A stretch of 64,000 nucleotides of DNA from Arenicellales bacterium (GTDB lineage: Bacteria > Pseudomonadota > Gammaproteobacteria > Arenicellales > JAJDZL01). Each line of letters starts with the position of its first letter. Positions within the stretch are counted from its first letter, which is position 1. The notes below the pieces were generated by a model. That model had not been told where the DNA came from and searched no databases. It saw nothing but the letters and a program-made list of their open reading frames with translations. The position numbers were made by a program, and so were the translations under genes. The DNA lies in the NCBI GenBank assembly GCA_965219265.1, contig OZ244730.1, positions 2,551,120 to 2,615,119 on the forward strand, given 5' to 3'. Below, in pieces: positions 18,809-28,941 of this stretch.

Positions 18809-20329
18809 ATGAACAAAGGAATCGTTGCCGCTGGCCATCCGAAAACCGCTGAAGCGGCAGCTGAAACATTGAAAGCCGGCGGAAACGCCTTTGATGCTGC
18901 AATTGCCGCGATGCATACTGCATGTATCGTTGAACCGGCTCTCGCTTCCTTAGGCGGAGGCGGATTTTTGATGGCTGTGCCCAATGACAGTACTCCCATT
19001 TTGTTTGATTTTTTCGTTCAAACACCAAGTCGGCGCAAGAATCTGGATGCGATAGATTCACGTTCCTTCTTGTGCGACTTCGGCAGCACTCAACAGGAAT
19101 TCATCATTGGCTGCGGCACCAGCGCAGTCCCTGGTTATGTTAAGGGCATCTTTGAAATTGCGAAACGCTATTCATCAATGCCCATGAGAGAGTTGGTGCA
19201 GCCGGCGCTTCAGATGCTGAAACAAGGCATCGAAGTCACTGAAATGCAGGCACATATATTCAGAATCCTGACTCCGATTTACCTAACTGACACCTCAAAA
19301 GAAATATTTGAGAGTACTCGCAACCCAGGCTCCACAGTGGAAGCAGGAGAAACAATATCCTTCCCCAATTACAACGATTTGCTTGAATCCCTTGCGATAG
19401 AAGGAGATGACTTGTTTTATCGGGGTGAAATCGCTAAAGCAGTGAATCGCATATCGCAATCCGGTGGTGTTGTCACTTATGAAGACATGGCAAACTATCA
19501 AGTTGAACTGCGTAAACCACTTGAGGTAGATTACGGAAACTATTCCGTACTTCTGAATCCAGCACCTTCCAACGGCGGAATATTGATCGCACTGGGACTG
19601 TCCCGATTAAACCGTAAGAATCTTGGACAATTTCAACCTGGTTCTTCCCAACATCTTTCCGAGGTGCTAAATACCATTGCAGCTTGCAGCACTCTGAACG
19701 GAGAAGATTCAAGCTCGACTGCCGATTTTGATGCAGATCTGTACGAACTGTATAAGCAAAATTTTCTGAATCACGCACAGGCAAATCGTGGAACCACTCA
19801 AATTTCCATAATTGATCGACACCGAAATGCCGCATCGGTCTCTGTAAGCAATGGCGAAGGGTGCGGAACAATGATTCCCGGCACTTCAATTATGCTGAAC
19901 AATATGCTGGGGGAACATGACGTCAATCCGGGCGGATTGACGGGTTGGCCACCGAATTCGCGGCTCAGCTCAATGATGTCACCCTCCATCGCACGTGCGT
20001 CGGGTAATCGTTTGATCGCAATCGGCAGCGGGGGCTCGAATCGAATCCCATCTGCCATCCAGCAGGTACTGGTAAATTTGATTGATTTCAGAATGTCAGT
20101 GGAAGATGCAGTCCGAGCACCGCGTGTCCACTTTCATCAGAACGAAGCATTTGTCGAAGATATTTTAGAAAGTTCTGATTTGGAATCTGTCTTGCAGGCT
20201 TTCGACAGCAGTACCCGTTTCCAAAATCGCGATGTGTTTTTTGGCGGAGTACACACAGCAACGCACACGGACTCTGAAGTTGCGGGGTTTGGTGATGATC
20301 GACGAGGCGGAATCGCGATCGCAGTATAG
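18809..20329 (+). CDS. Gamma-glutamyltransferase family protein (no signal peptide)
   Basis: GGNAFDAAIAA, SLGGGGF, GTTQISIID nucleophile site, SSMMSP and DDRRGG. Confidence 0.85.
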   Translation: MNKGIVAAGHPKTAEAAAETLKAGGNAFDAAIAAMHTACIVEPALASLGGGGFLMAVPNDSTPILFDFFVQTPSRRKNLDAIDSRSFLCDFGSTQQEFIIGCGTSAVPGYVKGIFEIAKRYSSMPMRELVQPALQMLKQGIEVTEMQAHIFRILTPIYLTDTSKEIFESTRNPGSTVEAGETISFPNYNDLLESLAIEGDDLFYRGEIAKAVNRISQSGGVVTYEDMANYQVELRKPLEVDYGNYSVLLNPAPSNGGILIALGLSRLNRKNLGQFQPGSSQHLSEVLNTIAACSTLNGEDSSSTADFDADLYELYKQNFLNHAQANRGTTQISIIDRHRNAASVSVSNGEGCGTMIPGTSIMLNNMLGEHDVNPGGLTGWPPNSRLSSMMSPSIARASGNRLIAIGSGGSNRIPSAIQQVLVNLIDFRMSVEDAVRAPRVHFHQNEAFVEDILESSDLESVLQAFDSSTRFQNRDVFFGGVHTATHTDSEVAGFGDDRRGGIAIAV

Positions 20330-21498
20330 TGAATAATTACATTCGCTATATTATGCCGGATCCTTCTCGTCGAAGGATTCTTCTCGCCATCATTTGTGTT
20401 GTTTCAATTTATGGATTGACCGGCGGGTTTCTCTATCCGCTGATCAGCCTGCAAATGGAGGCGCGTGGATTTCCGCCCTCATGGATCGGGGTCATGGGTG
20501 CAATGCCATCCCTCGCCGCAGTCATCGCCGCACCCATCACACCGCTAATTATGCGTACGGTCAATGTAAGCCGATTGGTATTCCTCTCCATTTGTGCAGA
20601 TCTGACTTTGATTCTGGTGATGATGTTCAGTGACAACGTGTATGTGTGGTTCATCAGTCGTTTCCTCATGGGTGTAGCGGGCTCTGTACTGTTTGTCGTG
20701 AGTGAAACCTGGATCAACGAAATAGCGGATGATCGTTCGCGCGGTCAAGTACTGGGGCTATACACACTAACCCTGAGCGCAACCTTTGCCCTGTCCCCGC
20801 TTTTTATCGTTTTTTTTGGTGCTGAAGGTTCACTGCCGTTTCTTGTTGCGTTCATCGTGATTGCGTTCAGTCTAATACCACTGCGATGGACGCGAGGGAC
20901 CTCACCGGATTTTTCTGGCGGACATGTTTCTCACGTATGGCGATTCATGTTGTGGGCACCGACGCTTGTTTGCGCCGCTGCCCTCATGGCATTCGAGGAG
21001 GCGGCACTCCTCACTCTCCTGCCGGTCTATTCTATTCAAAATGGAGTGACAGAAAAAGTTGCGGCACTGTTTCTTACTGTCCTGGCAGTTGGGTCGATGG
21101 CGGCACAGCCCCTCATTGGCTGGCTCGCAGATAAAGTCAATCGCTATTCTCTGATATTTGTCTGCGCACTGGTCGTATTGCTCGGTGCTTTGTCACTGCC
21201 GTTTATCATAGATACTCGTATTATCGTGTGGCCAATCATGCTCGTTTGGGGCGGGGCAATTGCCGGAATTTACACAGTTGCGCTGGCGATCATGGGACAA
21301 CGATTTCGTGGAGCGCAGCTCGCGGCTGGAAATGCAGCTTTTGGCGTGATGTGGGGAGTAGCTGGCGCGATGGCGCCCGGATCAGCCGGAATTGCCATGA
21401 CAATCTGGGGATCGAATGGTTTCGTAATTGTCATGGTGATCGCAATCAGTTCATTTTTGCTACTGGCGTTGATTCGACGTATCGTCTCTTCAAATTGA
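20329..21498 (+). CDS. MFS transporter (YcaD-like)
   Basis: About 12 TM segments; SETWINEIADDRSRGQ and GWLADKVNR. Confidence 0.85.
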   Translation: MNNYIRYIMPDPSRRRILLAIICVVSIYGLTGGFLYPLISLQMEARGFPPSWIGVMGAMPSLAAVIAAPITPLIMRTVNVSRLVFLSICADLTLILVMMFSDNVYVWFISRFLMGVAGSVLFVVSETWINEIADDRSRGQVLGLYTLTLSATFALSPLFIVFFGAEGSLPFLVAFIVIAFSLIPLRWTRGTSPDFSGGHVSHVWRFMLWAPTLVCAAALMAFEEAALLTLLPVYSIQNGVTEKVAALFLTVLAVGSMAAQPLIGWLADKVNRYSLIFVCALVVLLGALSLPFIIDTRIIVWPIMLVWGGAIAGIYTVALAIMGQRFRGAQLAAGNAAFGVMWGVAGAMAPGSAGIAMTIWGSNGFVIVMVIAISSFLLLALIRRIVSSN

Positions 21499-21536
21499 AT
21501 GTGAATCAGGAACACTCACCATGACTATTGGATGCA

Positions 21537-23615
21537 CTAGACATTCCCGATCATTTCTTTCAGCTCTTCAAGTGAACTACACGGCGCAGAACAAGTAAAT
21601 CCACTGCAAAGATACGTAACCACATCGATACCGCCGGATTTTTCATTCAACAGTCCTGGAAGCCCTTCTTCTGCGTCCAGCGGGATTGGAAATACCATTG
21701 TGTTTAGTGGAGCAGCTTTAATACAAGCATCCGCCCATTCATTAATATTGTCAAGTTTGCCTCGAATCACCACAATCGGACTTGGATTGATCGTTTCCTC
21801 GATTGCAATTACGCTGGTACCAAAAGCCGACGGCAGGTGCAGTGCCGCCGGGTGAAGTGCATGCATGGTTTTCGTCGCAGCGTCCATGTATCGATTTTTC
21901 CCTAGCAAATAAGCTGCCTTGGCTAGAACCTGTGCAGCAATTCCATTACCGGAGGGAGTCGCTTCGTCATGTGTTGGTACGGCGCGGTGAAGCAATGTTT
22001 CGTGATCATCGGAGGTAAAGTGAAATGCACCCGTCGTCGGGTCTGTGAATTGATCCAGTAGAACATCCAACAGTTCCATTGCAAAGTTCAGGTCCGAATT
22101 GCTCCACCTAGCCTGCAACAGTTCGAGAATACCATCCGCCAGGAATGCATAATCATCAAGATACGCGTTCAAATGCGCTCTATCGTCTTTGGCTGTTGCA
22201 AGCAATCTGCTATTTTTCCACATTTGAGTATGTACAAATTCGAGCGAGCGCACTGCTGAGTCGATGAAGTCCGTTCGCTTGAGCAATCTGCCAGCTCTGG
22301 CCATCGCTTTGATCATGAGACCGTTCCATGATGCGAGAATTTTTTCATCCCGATCGGGCGGAACTCGTCTGCTGCGAACCGAATACAACTTTTGACGGGC
22401 GCTTTCAAGTAATATCGGAATTTCCGAACTCGGTATTCCAGACCGTTCTGCAACGACGCTGAGCGGATTGACAACTCTCAAGTGCCAATTGTCCTCAAAA
22501 TTCGGTTCACCTCGAAGTCCATAGCGAATGTCTGCAACTTTAAATTCTTGATAGGAAAGCTTTTCTTTCAATTCCTCAACTGTCCAAACGTAGAATTTTC
22601 CTTCTTCACCCTCAGAATCTGCATCAATTGTGGAAAAATAACCACCGTTTTCGGACTGCATTTCCCGCATTACCCATTCGCCTGTCTGCACTGCAATATC
22701 AAGAAAATCCTGGCGATTGTTCAAAATGCCCGCGTCAGCGTAGATTGGAAGCAACTGTGCATTGTCATACAGCATCTTCTCAAAGTGAGGAATTTCCCAC
22801 ATTGCATCCACTGAATATCGGCAGAATCCCCCACCAATTTGGTCACGCAAACCGCCATTTGCCATTGCCTCCAGCGTATGCACTGTAATGTCGATGGCTC
22901 TTTCCTTTTTTGCTGCGTTGGCTTGCCGACGTCGCCCAAACGCCAGCAATAGTATTAATTGGGTAGGATGTGGAAATTTCGGTGCATCACCGAAACCTCC
23001 ATAAACAGGGTCATACTGCTGAAATAGTTCCTGAACCGCCGACTCCATGAGTGACTCCTCAAGCGGCAGTTCGCTGTTGCTTGCCACTGTTCTTAGACGC
23101 GCAAAGGCGTCTTTTATAACCTTGTTGTGATGCGCAAGATGCTGTTTCTTTTCCTTATACTGCTCTACGACATTTTCAAGAAGTAAGCCAAATGACGGCA
23201 TTCCAGCGCGCGGCGTATCGGGGAAATAGGTGCCGACATACACCGGGGTGTGTTCGTCTGGAGTGAGGAACGCTGTCAGTGGCCATCCTCCGGCACGTTG
23301 ATTGAACATCTGATGAGCAGTTTGGTAGACCTTGTCGAGGTCTGGACGTTCTTCCCGGTCAACCTTGATGCAAACATAGTTTTCATTCATGATTTCGGCA
23401 ATTTCTTCGTCCTCGAATGACTCTCGCTCCATCACATGACACCAGTGACATGCGGAGTAGCCGATGGACAGGAGAATCAGTCGATTTTCATTTTTTGCCC
23501 TTTCCAGTGCCTCTGGACCCCAAGGATACCAGTCAACAGGATTGTAAGCATGCTGGAGTAGATAGGGACTTGTTTCGTTGATCAGTCTATTCGGACTCGG
23601 TGTTTCTTCATTCAT
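21537..23615 (-). CDS. Thioredoxin-domain protein YyaL/SSP411 family
   Basis: [29 protein letters not shown] and [13 protein letters not shown]. Confidence 0.93.
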   Translation of the reverse strand: MNEETPSPNRLINETSPYLLQHAYNPVDWYPWGPEALERAKNENRLILLSIGYSACHWCHVMERESFEDEEIAEIMNENYVCIKVDREERPDLDKVYQTAHQMFNQRAGGWPLTAFLTPDEHTPVYVGTYFPDTPRAGMPSFGLLLENVVEQYKEKKQHLAHHNKVIKDAFARLRTVASNSELPLEESLMESAVQELFQQYDPVYGGFGDAPKFPHPTQLILLLAFGRRRQANAAKKERAIDITVHTLEAMANGGLRDQIGGGFCRYSVDAMWEIPHFEKMLYDNAQLLPIYADAGILNNRQDFLDIAVQTGEWVMREMQSENGGYFSTIDADSEGEEGKFYVWTVEELKEKLSYQEFKVADIRYGLRGEPNFEDNWHLRVVNPLSVVAERSGIPSSEIPILLESARQKLYSVRSRRVPPDRDEKILASWNGLMIKAMARAGRLLKRTDFIDSAVRSLEFVHTQMWKNSRLLATAKDDRAHLNAYLDDYAFLADGILELLQARWSNSDLNFAMELLDVLLDQFTDPTTGAFHFTSDDHETLLHRAVPTHDEATPSGNGIAAQVLAKAAYLLGKNRYMDAATKTMHALHPAALHLPSAFGTSVIAIEETINPSPIVVIRGKLDNINEWADACIKAAPLNTMVFPIPLDAEEGLPGLLNEKSGGIDVVTYLCSGFTCSAPCSSLEELKEMIGNV

Positions 23616-23762
23616 TTGTAAACCTTGATAATTTGATATCCGGTACTGCTCTCGCGCAAAGCCGACCTAAGATCGAATGTATACTAAAAATTGAAAAAGA
23701 CATCTGTACCGCCATTTTCAGGTAATTCAACAAATACTTCAATTACTGACTGTCAAAATCGA

Positions 23763-24557
23763 ATGATTACATATCCAGAAATTGATCCAGTTGCGCTTGA
23801 TCTTGGAATTCTGCAGATTCGGTGGTACGGAGTTGCATATTTCGCCGGCATAGTCAGCGCTATTGTGCTGGGCAGGATCAGAGCCTCTGCCTCCTTGTCT
23901 CCGATTTCCAAAACTCAGGTCACCGACCTGATTCTCTATTTCGCCCTTGGCGCAATCCTCGGTGGACGAATCGGATATTCATTGTTTTACCATTTTCTCC
24001 ATTACATCACGAATCCGATTGATATTTTCAAAATTTGGGAGGGTGGCATGTCTTTTCACGGCGGATTATTGGGGGCAGCCGCCGGCGGTTTCATTTTCAG
24101 CCGTCAATTCAACGTGTCATTTTTTCGATTGGCAGATTTTGCAAGTCCGCTCTGTGCCATCGGTTTCTTCTTCGGGCGAATTGCAAACTTCATCAATCAA
24201 GAACTATGGGGACGACCGACCGAATTGGCTTGGGGCATGATTTTTCCAATTGATCCCCTACAGCTTGCAAGACACCCATCACAACTTTATGAAGCTGCTT
24301 TAGAGGGAGTCGCACTATTTGCAATACTATGGCTTTATTCCTCATCACCCAAAGCAACAGGAGCTGTTACAGGGTTATTTCTGACCTGTTATGGGGCATT
24401 TCGAATATTCGTGGAGTTTTTTCGCGAACCCGATGCAGTTCCAGGATTCATCATTTCCGACTGGGGGACAATGGGACAGGTACTCTCCGTGCCATTGATA
24501 ATTGTCGGTACCAGCCTATTCTTCCTGGCACGTAGAAACACGTTTGCCTCCAAGTGA
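23763..24557 (+). CDS. lgt: Prolipoprotein diacylglyceryl transferase
   Basis: IRWYG, GGMSFHGG, GRIANFINQELWGR and HPSQLYE; start ATG 23763. Confidence 0.95.
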   Translation: MITYPEIDPVALDLGILQIRWYGVAYFAGIVSAIVLGRIRASASLSPISKTQVTDLILYFALGAILGGRIGYSLFYHFLHYITNPIDIFKIWEGGMSFHGGLLGAAAGGFIFSRQFNVSFFRLADFASPLCAIGFFFGRIANFINQELWGRPTELAWGMIFPIDPLQLARHPSQLYEAALEGVALFAILWLYSSSPKATGAVTGLFLTCYGAFRIFVEFFREPDAVPGFIISDWGTMGQVLSVPLIIVGTSLFFLARRNTFASK

Positions 24558-25060
24558 CCGGCTCGCAGACCGCAAAGCTCCGTCAGCATCTGGACGAATT
24601 GGCAATTCCTTATGAATTAATGCCATGTGATCCGGAGCTTGCAGATACTCAAGTATTCATTGAACACTATGAGTACGCAGTGGAAGACTGTGCAAACACG
24701 ATTGTCATTAAGTCGAAGTCCGGCGAAGCAAAATTTGCTGCTTGCGTGGTACTGGCAAATTGCCGTCTGGACGTAAATCACGTCGTTAGAAAGAAACTTG
24801 GTGCGAGGAAAGTATCGTTCGCAGGGACAGAAGAAACTCAACGGATTACAGGAATGACGGTTGGAGGGGTCACTGCGATCGGATTACCGGATAATCTGCC
24901 TCTATGGGTGGACAGTGCAGTCATGCAACGGGAGAATATCGTTCTAGGCGGATCAAGCCGTAGCTGGAAAATTCTCATTTCATCTGAGGTTTTCCTGCAT
25001 ACTCCCAATACGGAAATTGTCGAAGGACTTGCCCGCCCTATTGAATCTTCCTCGTCATGA
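24554..25060 (+). CDS. YbaK/EbsC aminoacyl-tRNA editing family protein
   Basis: KLGARKVSFA, TGMTVGGVTAIGLP and GGSSRSWK. Confidence 0.85.
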   Translation: MTGSQTAKLRQHLDELAIPYELMPCDPELADTQVFIEHYEYAVEDCANTIVIKSKSGEAKFAACVVLANCRLDVNHVVRKKLGARKVSFAGTEETQRITGMTVGGVTAIGLPDNLPLWVDSAVMQRENIVLGGSSRSWKILISSEVFLHTPNTEIVEGLARPIESSSS

Positions 25061-25066
25061 GAGCGC

Positions 25067-25399
25067 TTAGAGCAACAACAGTCTTTTGTAAAAGGGAAAC
25101 CAGGCAATGAACAGTATTGCCAGAGCTGCCAGGTCCAACCAAATCATGTTCTTGTAGCGTTTACGCGATTTCTTACTTTTATCCGACATCATGATTTTGC
25201 ACATGGTCATGTCCAGTGGAATTACAAAAAAGAGCAGCGGAACCAGCGTCGGTGCAATCAGAGTCGGGAACATCATCAGTCCGGACTTGTGTGTCTCTCC
25301 GAAAGAAAAAAGAGCAGAAACTGTCAGCATCAGCACCAGTATGTAGAGCATCGCTCGAAGCGGCCCCACATAACTGAAAAACTGAATCATCATTCTCAC
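25067..25399 (-). CDS. Hypothetical small membrane protein
   Basis: Three hydrophobic segments; co-oriented with and 14 bp from the crotonase gene. Confidence 0.6.
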   Translation of the reverse strand: MRMMIQFFSYVGPLRAMLYILVLMLTVSALFSFGETHKSGLMMFPTLIAPTLVPLLFFVIPLDMTMCKIMMSDKSKKSRKRYKNMIWLDLAALAILFIAWFPFYKRLLLL

Positions 25400-25413
25400 C
25401 GAATTTTAGCTGG

Positions 25414-26145
25414 CTATTTGCCGGAGCGTTTGCGAAGTGAATTTCTGTAACTTGTGATTCGATCGACCAAACCAGGCACATTGACTGACTCAATCAAATC
25501 CGCCATGTCTTCCGAGCGGGTATCGGGAACCGCGACTCTCAACATTCGTCTCACATGTTCGCTCGCGATTGCCGCTCCCGCTTGCTTTGCCAATTCGATC
25601 TGTTCCGACCATTCTTCCTGATTCGCAATCCGCGTTAGGAAACCCATCTTCAGCGCTTCCGAAGCATCGAATACTCGAGTATTGATCAGCACGCTGATTG
25701 CATTATCGGTTCCAATCCGATGTGCAAGACGCCTGGTTCCGAGTAAAATTCCAAAATTCAGTCCCGGCATGCAGAATCGACTGCCAGGTGCCGCGACTCG
25801 AATGTTACACGAACACACCAGGTCAGCCCCCGCTCCAAAAGCCATGGAATGTACAAGTGCAACAGTTAGAAACGGTGCGTGGTGCACTGCCTGGAGCATT
25901 TTCTCAATCTTCAGAATGCGATCTGCTACTTCGCTCTCGCTTTCCAAGTTGCCAAGCTCAAAGCCTGAACAAAATGATTTACCGTTCCCCCGAATCACCA
26001 GCGTTCGGGTATCGTCAGTGCAGGACTCAGTGAACGTATCGGTCAAAGCCTCAACCAGTTCTGCACTCAGTGAATTTGCGCGTTCAGGTCGATTCAGTGA
26101 CAAAATTTTCAACGTTTCATTACGTTCGACCAAGAGTACGGCCAT
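25414..26145 (-). CDS. Enoyl-CoA hydratase/isomerase (crotonase) family protein
   Basis: LNRPERANSL, FCSGFEL and AFGAGADL; probable start ATG 26145. Confidence 0.88.
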   Translation of the reverse strand: MAVLLVERNETLKILSLNRPERANSLSAELVEALTDTFTESCTDDTRTLVIRGNGKSFCSGFELGNLESESEVADRILKIEKMLQAVHHAPFLTVALVHSMAFGAGADLVCSCNIRVAAPGSRFCMPGLNFGILLGTRRLAHRIGTDNAISVLINTRVFDASEALKMGFLTRIANQEEWSEQIELAKQAGAAIASEHVRRMLRVAVPDTRSEDMADLIESVNVPGLVDRITSYRNSLRKRSGK

Positions 26146-26389
26146 GAAGTGTGCACCTTTTTTGGTTCGGTATAATCGAATAACAATCATATACGAAATG
26201 ACACGAATTTCGACGATATCAATCGAATACGACCGCTCGGAACAGAGGAATGTTCGACGCAGGTTTTCATCTAGAATAGTAACCTATTGATAATAATGAC
26301 TATTATTGTATTTTACGCATTCTCGTGCGCTTCGAAACACCTGTTCCATGCCTCTTCCGAACCCACGCAGGGTTCCAACGACGCCCGTT

Positions 26390-26808
26390 GCTGCACTGCT
26401 CATTGTCGATGAGATCGGTTGCCTGTCACTGCGCAAAGATAGCGCCAATCTGTTCTTTTCAACTGATCGGCTCCCGATTCGAAATAGACGCCATGATTCT
26501 GACCTCGAATCGAAGGTTTACTGAATGGGCCGAAGTGTTCGGCGATCCGGTGGTAGCCACAGCATTGCTGGATCGACTGCTGTATCACGCAATCGTCGTG
26601 CAGACTGAAGGCACCTGTTATCGACTGATAACCCTCTCTGACCTGATCCAGTCTTCTGCTAGCTTCAGTGCAACGGCTGCTCAACTAAAGACGCGACAGA
26701 CCACCCGAAATAAAAGGAGGTCTGATCTATAATTCCGGCTGATCACCGACTGCCCGAAAGTTGGGATTTTCAAACGGTTCTTTTGAAGAATTTAATTCGG
26801 CATCTACA
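26390..26808 (+). mobile_element. istB: IS21-family remnant: frameshifted 3' part of istB plus degenerate right end
   Basis: LLIVDEIGCL..DSANLFF in one frame, then QLI..ILTSNRRFTEWAEVFGDPVVATALLDRLLYHA in another (shift at T run 26456-26459); followed by TGGGATTTTCAAACGG..GAAGAATTTAATTCGGCATCTACA, resembling IS21 sub-terminal repeats ending in CA. Confidence 0.85.
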
Positions 26809-26922
26809 CGAGGTTCTCGATGATGTCGTACCTCTCACCATGGACAATCCGCCGTGCAGGTCGAGGCACGCCGCCCGACAACGGAGGAAATTTGGCGAGA
26901 CGACCTCATGGAAGGAGATAGG

Positions 26923-27969
26923 ATGACTAAAATGATGCGAGCATTCGTCATGACAGGCGCCGAAGAAGGATCGATTCAGAATCTCCCCTGTTTCGCTCCC
27001 GAACCAGGGGATGCCGTCGTCCAAACGGCCGCGACTGCAATCTGTACAACCGAACGAAGAATCTTTGCCGGATCTCTGAAAGTCTCCTACCCAGTGATTG
27101 GCGGGCATGAGGTTTCCGGGATCGTTGTCGAAACCCCGGACGACAGCTCCAACTTGAAAGTTGGAGACAAGGTCGTCCTGGACGCGATCAACCGTTGCGG
27201 CTTCTGCTACCATTGCATTCGAGGACACAGCAATCTCTGTGAGAAAGCCTACAATACGGAGCGCCGGGGATATCGGATTGTGGGGGGTGGTTTTGGCCAA
27301 TTCGTCACGATTTCCACTAAGCGCGTTTTTCGATATTGGGGGGACATCAGTCCAGAGGAGGCGGCTCTGTCCGAGCCCTTGGCTTGCTGTGTTCACTCGG
27401 TCAAACGTAGCCGGATTCAGTTCGGCGACGTGGTCGTGGTCGTGGGAGCTGGCACCATGGGGATATTGCATGTCCTTTTGACCAAGATGATGGGCGCGCA
27501 GGTTCTGGTTCTGGATATAAACAAGGATCGGTTGAGCTTGGCCAGAGCAATTGGAGCGGATTGGGTCGCCGATGTTTCCGAGGAAGACCCAGTCGCCGTT
27601 GTCGCGGACTGCAGTGACGGCAGGAAGGCCGATGCCGTGTTCGTGGCTGCCAGCACCAAGTCGGCCGGGGAATCGGCGATGCAGATGGTGGGCACGCGAG
27701 GTCAGGTGATCTTCTTCGCGGGCACTCACCCACCGGAGCGGTTGGATGTACCTTGGAACTTGTTACATGATCGGGAGGTATCACTGCTCGGTTCAGTGGG
27801 AAAGAGCGAGGAAGACTTTCGCGAAGCCGTGGCACTGCTCTCAAACGGGTTGATCAACGTCAGGCCGTTGGTTACAAGAATTATTTCCCTCCAGGAGCTC
27901 GACTGGGAGCTCTCGAAACACCCATGCGGTCCGGTGCAGCGGGTTGTAGTCCGCCAGGACGGTTCCTGA
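26923..27969 (+). CDS. Zn-dependent medium-chain (polyol/sugar) dehydrogenase
   Basis: ICTTE, GHE, CGFCYHC..NLC, EPLAC and GAGTMG; RBS AGGAGA precedes ATG 26923. Confidence 0.9.
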   Translation: MTKMMRAFVMTGAEEGSIQNLPCFAPEPGDAVVQTAATAICTTERRIFAGSLKVSYPVIGGHEVSGIVVETPDDSSNLKVGDKVVLDAINRCGFCYHCIRGHSNLCEKAYNTERRGYRIVGGGFGQFVTISTKRVFRYWGDISPEEAALSEPLACCVHSVKRSRIQFGDVVVVVGAGTMGILHVLLTKMMGAQVLVLDINKDRLSLARAIGADWVADVSEEDPVAVVADCSDGRKADAVFVAASTKSAGESAMQMVGTRGQVIFFAGTHPPERLDVPWNLLHDREVSLLGSVGKSEEDFREAVALLSNGLINVRPLVTRIISLQELDWELSKHPCGPVQRVVVRQDGS

Positions 27970-27979
27970 GGAAGACGCC

Positions 27980-28786
27980 ATGCCGCTGGGTCCGGATGTG
28001 TTTCTCCACCCCAGGATGCGTCGGATCTTCCGGACAGATGGGAAGGCCCTGATCGTGGCGATGGATCACGGTAACTTCATGAACGTCAACCCAGCGCTTG
28101 AAGACCCAGGCCGGGTCATCGAAGAGGTGGTTTCATCGGGAGCGGATGCTATTCTCACCACTTTTGGGATCGCCAAGACCTATCCTGGTTCCTTCGGGCG
28201 AGCTGGGCTTCTTCTTCGCGTCGATGGGGTCCTGACGTCTCTCTCGGCGGGAGGCAGGGAAGAGTGGCCGCTGTGTTTCTCTGTCGAAGATGCCCTGCGG
28301 CTGGGCGCCGATGGCGTTGCATGCATGGGTTTTCCGGTGTCTCATTTTGAAACGCAGACCATGAACAATATTACCCGCCTGGCCTCGGATTGCAGAGACT
28401 GGGGGATCTTGCTCCTGGCCGAAATGCTGCCGGGCGGTTTCGAGAACCTCGACGCTCACACTCCGGAAAACATTGCCATGGCCTCTCGATTGGGCGTAGA
28501 AGCAGGGGCGGATCTCATCAAGACCAAATTCACCGGATCCAGCGAATCCTTTCGAAAGTTGGTGGATGGTTGCTACCGGCCCGTCGTGATACTGGGAGGG
28601 GCCAAGGCGAGATGGGAGGCCGATGTACTTCGCTCCGTGAAGGAGGCTATCGATTGCGGCGGAGCTGGCGTGGTGATGGGCCGCAACATTTGGCAAAATC
28701 GAAGTCCCGGCAAGTTTACGGCGGCTTTGTTCAGCATAATTCACGAGGGTGCTTCCGTTGAGGATGCCCTCAAACTGCTTGATTGA
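27980..28786 (+). CDS. Class I aldolase, DhnA/LsrF family
   Basis: IVAMDHG, SVEDALRLGADGV, GADLIKT (Schiff-base Lys), PVVILGG and GRNIWQ. Confidence 0.88.
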   Translation: MPLGPDVFLHPRMRRIFRTDGKALIVAMDHGNFMNVNPALEDPGRVIEEVVSSGADAILTTFGIAKTYPGSFGRAGLLLRVDGVLTSLSAGGREEWPLCFSVEDALRLGADGVACMGFPVSHFETQTMNNITRLASDCRDWGILLLAEMLPGGFENLDAHTPENIAMASRLGVEAGADLIKTKFTGSSESFRKLVDGCYRPVVILGGAKARWEADVLRSVKEAIDCGGAGVVMGRNIWQNRSPGKFTAALFSIIHEGASVEDALKLLD

Positions 28787-28794
28787 AGGCTCTC

Positions 28795-28903
28795 TGGAAT
28801 TGCCCCGGTTTCGTGGACAGTTATGGACTTGGGCGAGCCCCCGAGAGGGAGGTGGCTGGCTTCTTTCGTAGTTGATGGGTAACAGCTATTCCATGACGGA
28901 GTG
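28795..28903 (-). mobile_element. IS3-family remnant: degenerate orfB 3' tip plus terminal inverted repeat
   Basis: TGGAATTGCCCCGGTTTCGTGGACA resembles IS3-family ends; the minus strand reads HSVME*LLPINYER, similar to the OrfB tail HSxLGYLSPxxYE. Confidence 0.7.
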
Positions 28904-28941
28904 GCAAGAATTCTTATGTATCTAACCGCCGGGGAACAGGT

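Noticed and set aside
26770-27729. 319 aa antisense ORF (similar cases at 28133-28744, 59494-60426 and 61596-62417)
   Set aside because: Shadow frames of well-supported genes, with no recognisable motifs.
26390-28903. Active composite transposon
   Set aside because: The flanks belong to different IS families, both are truncated and no intact transposase remains.
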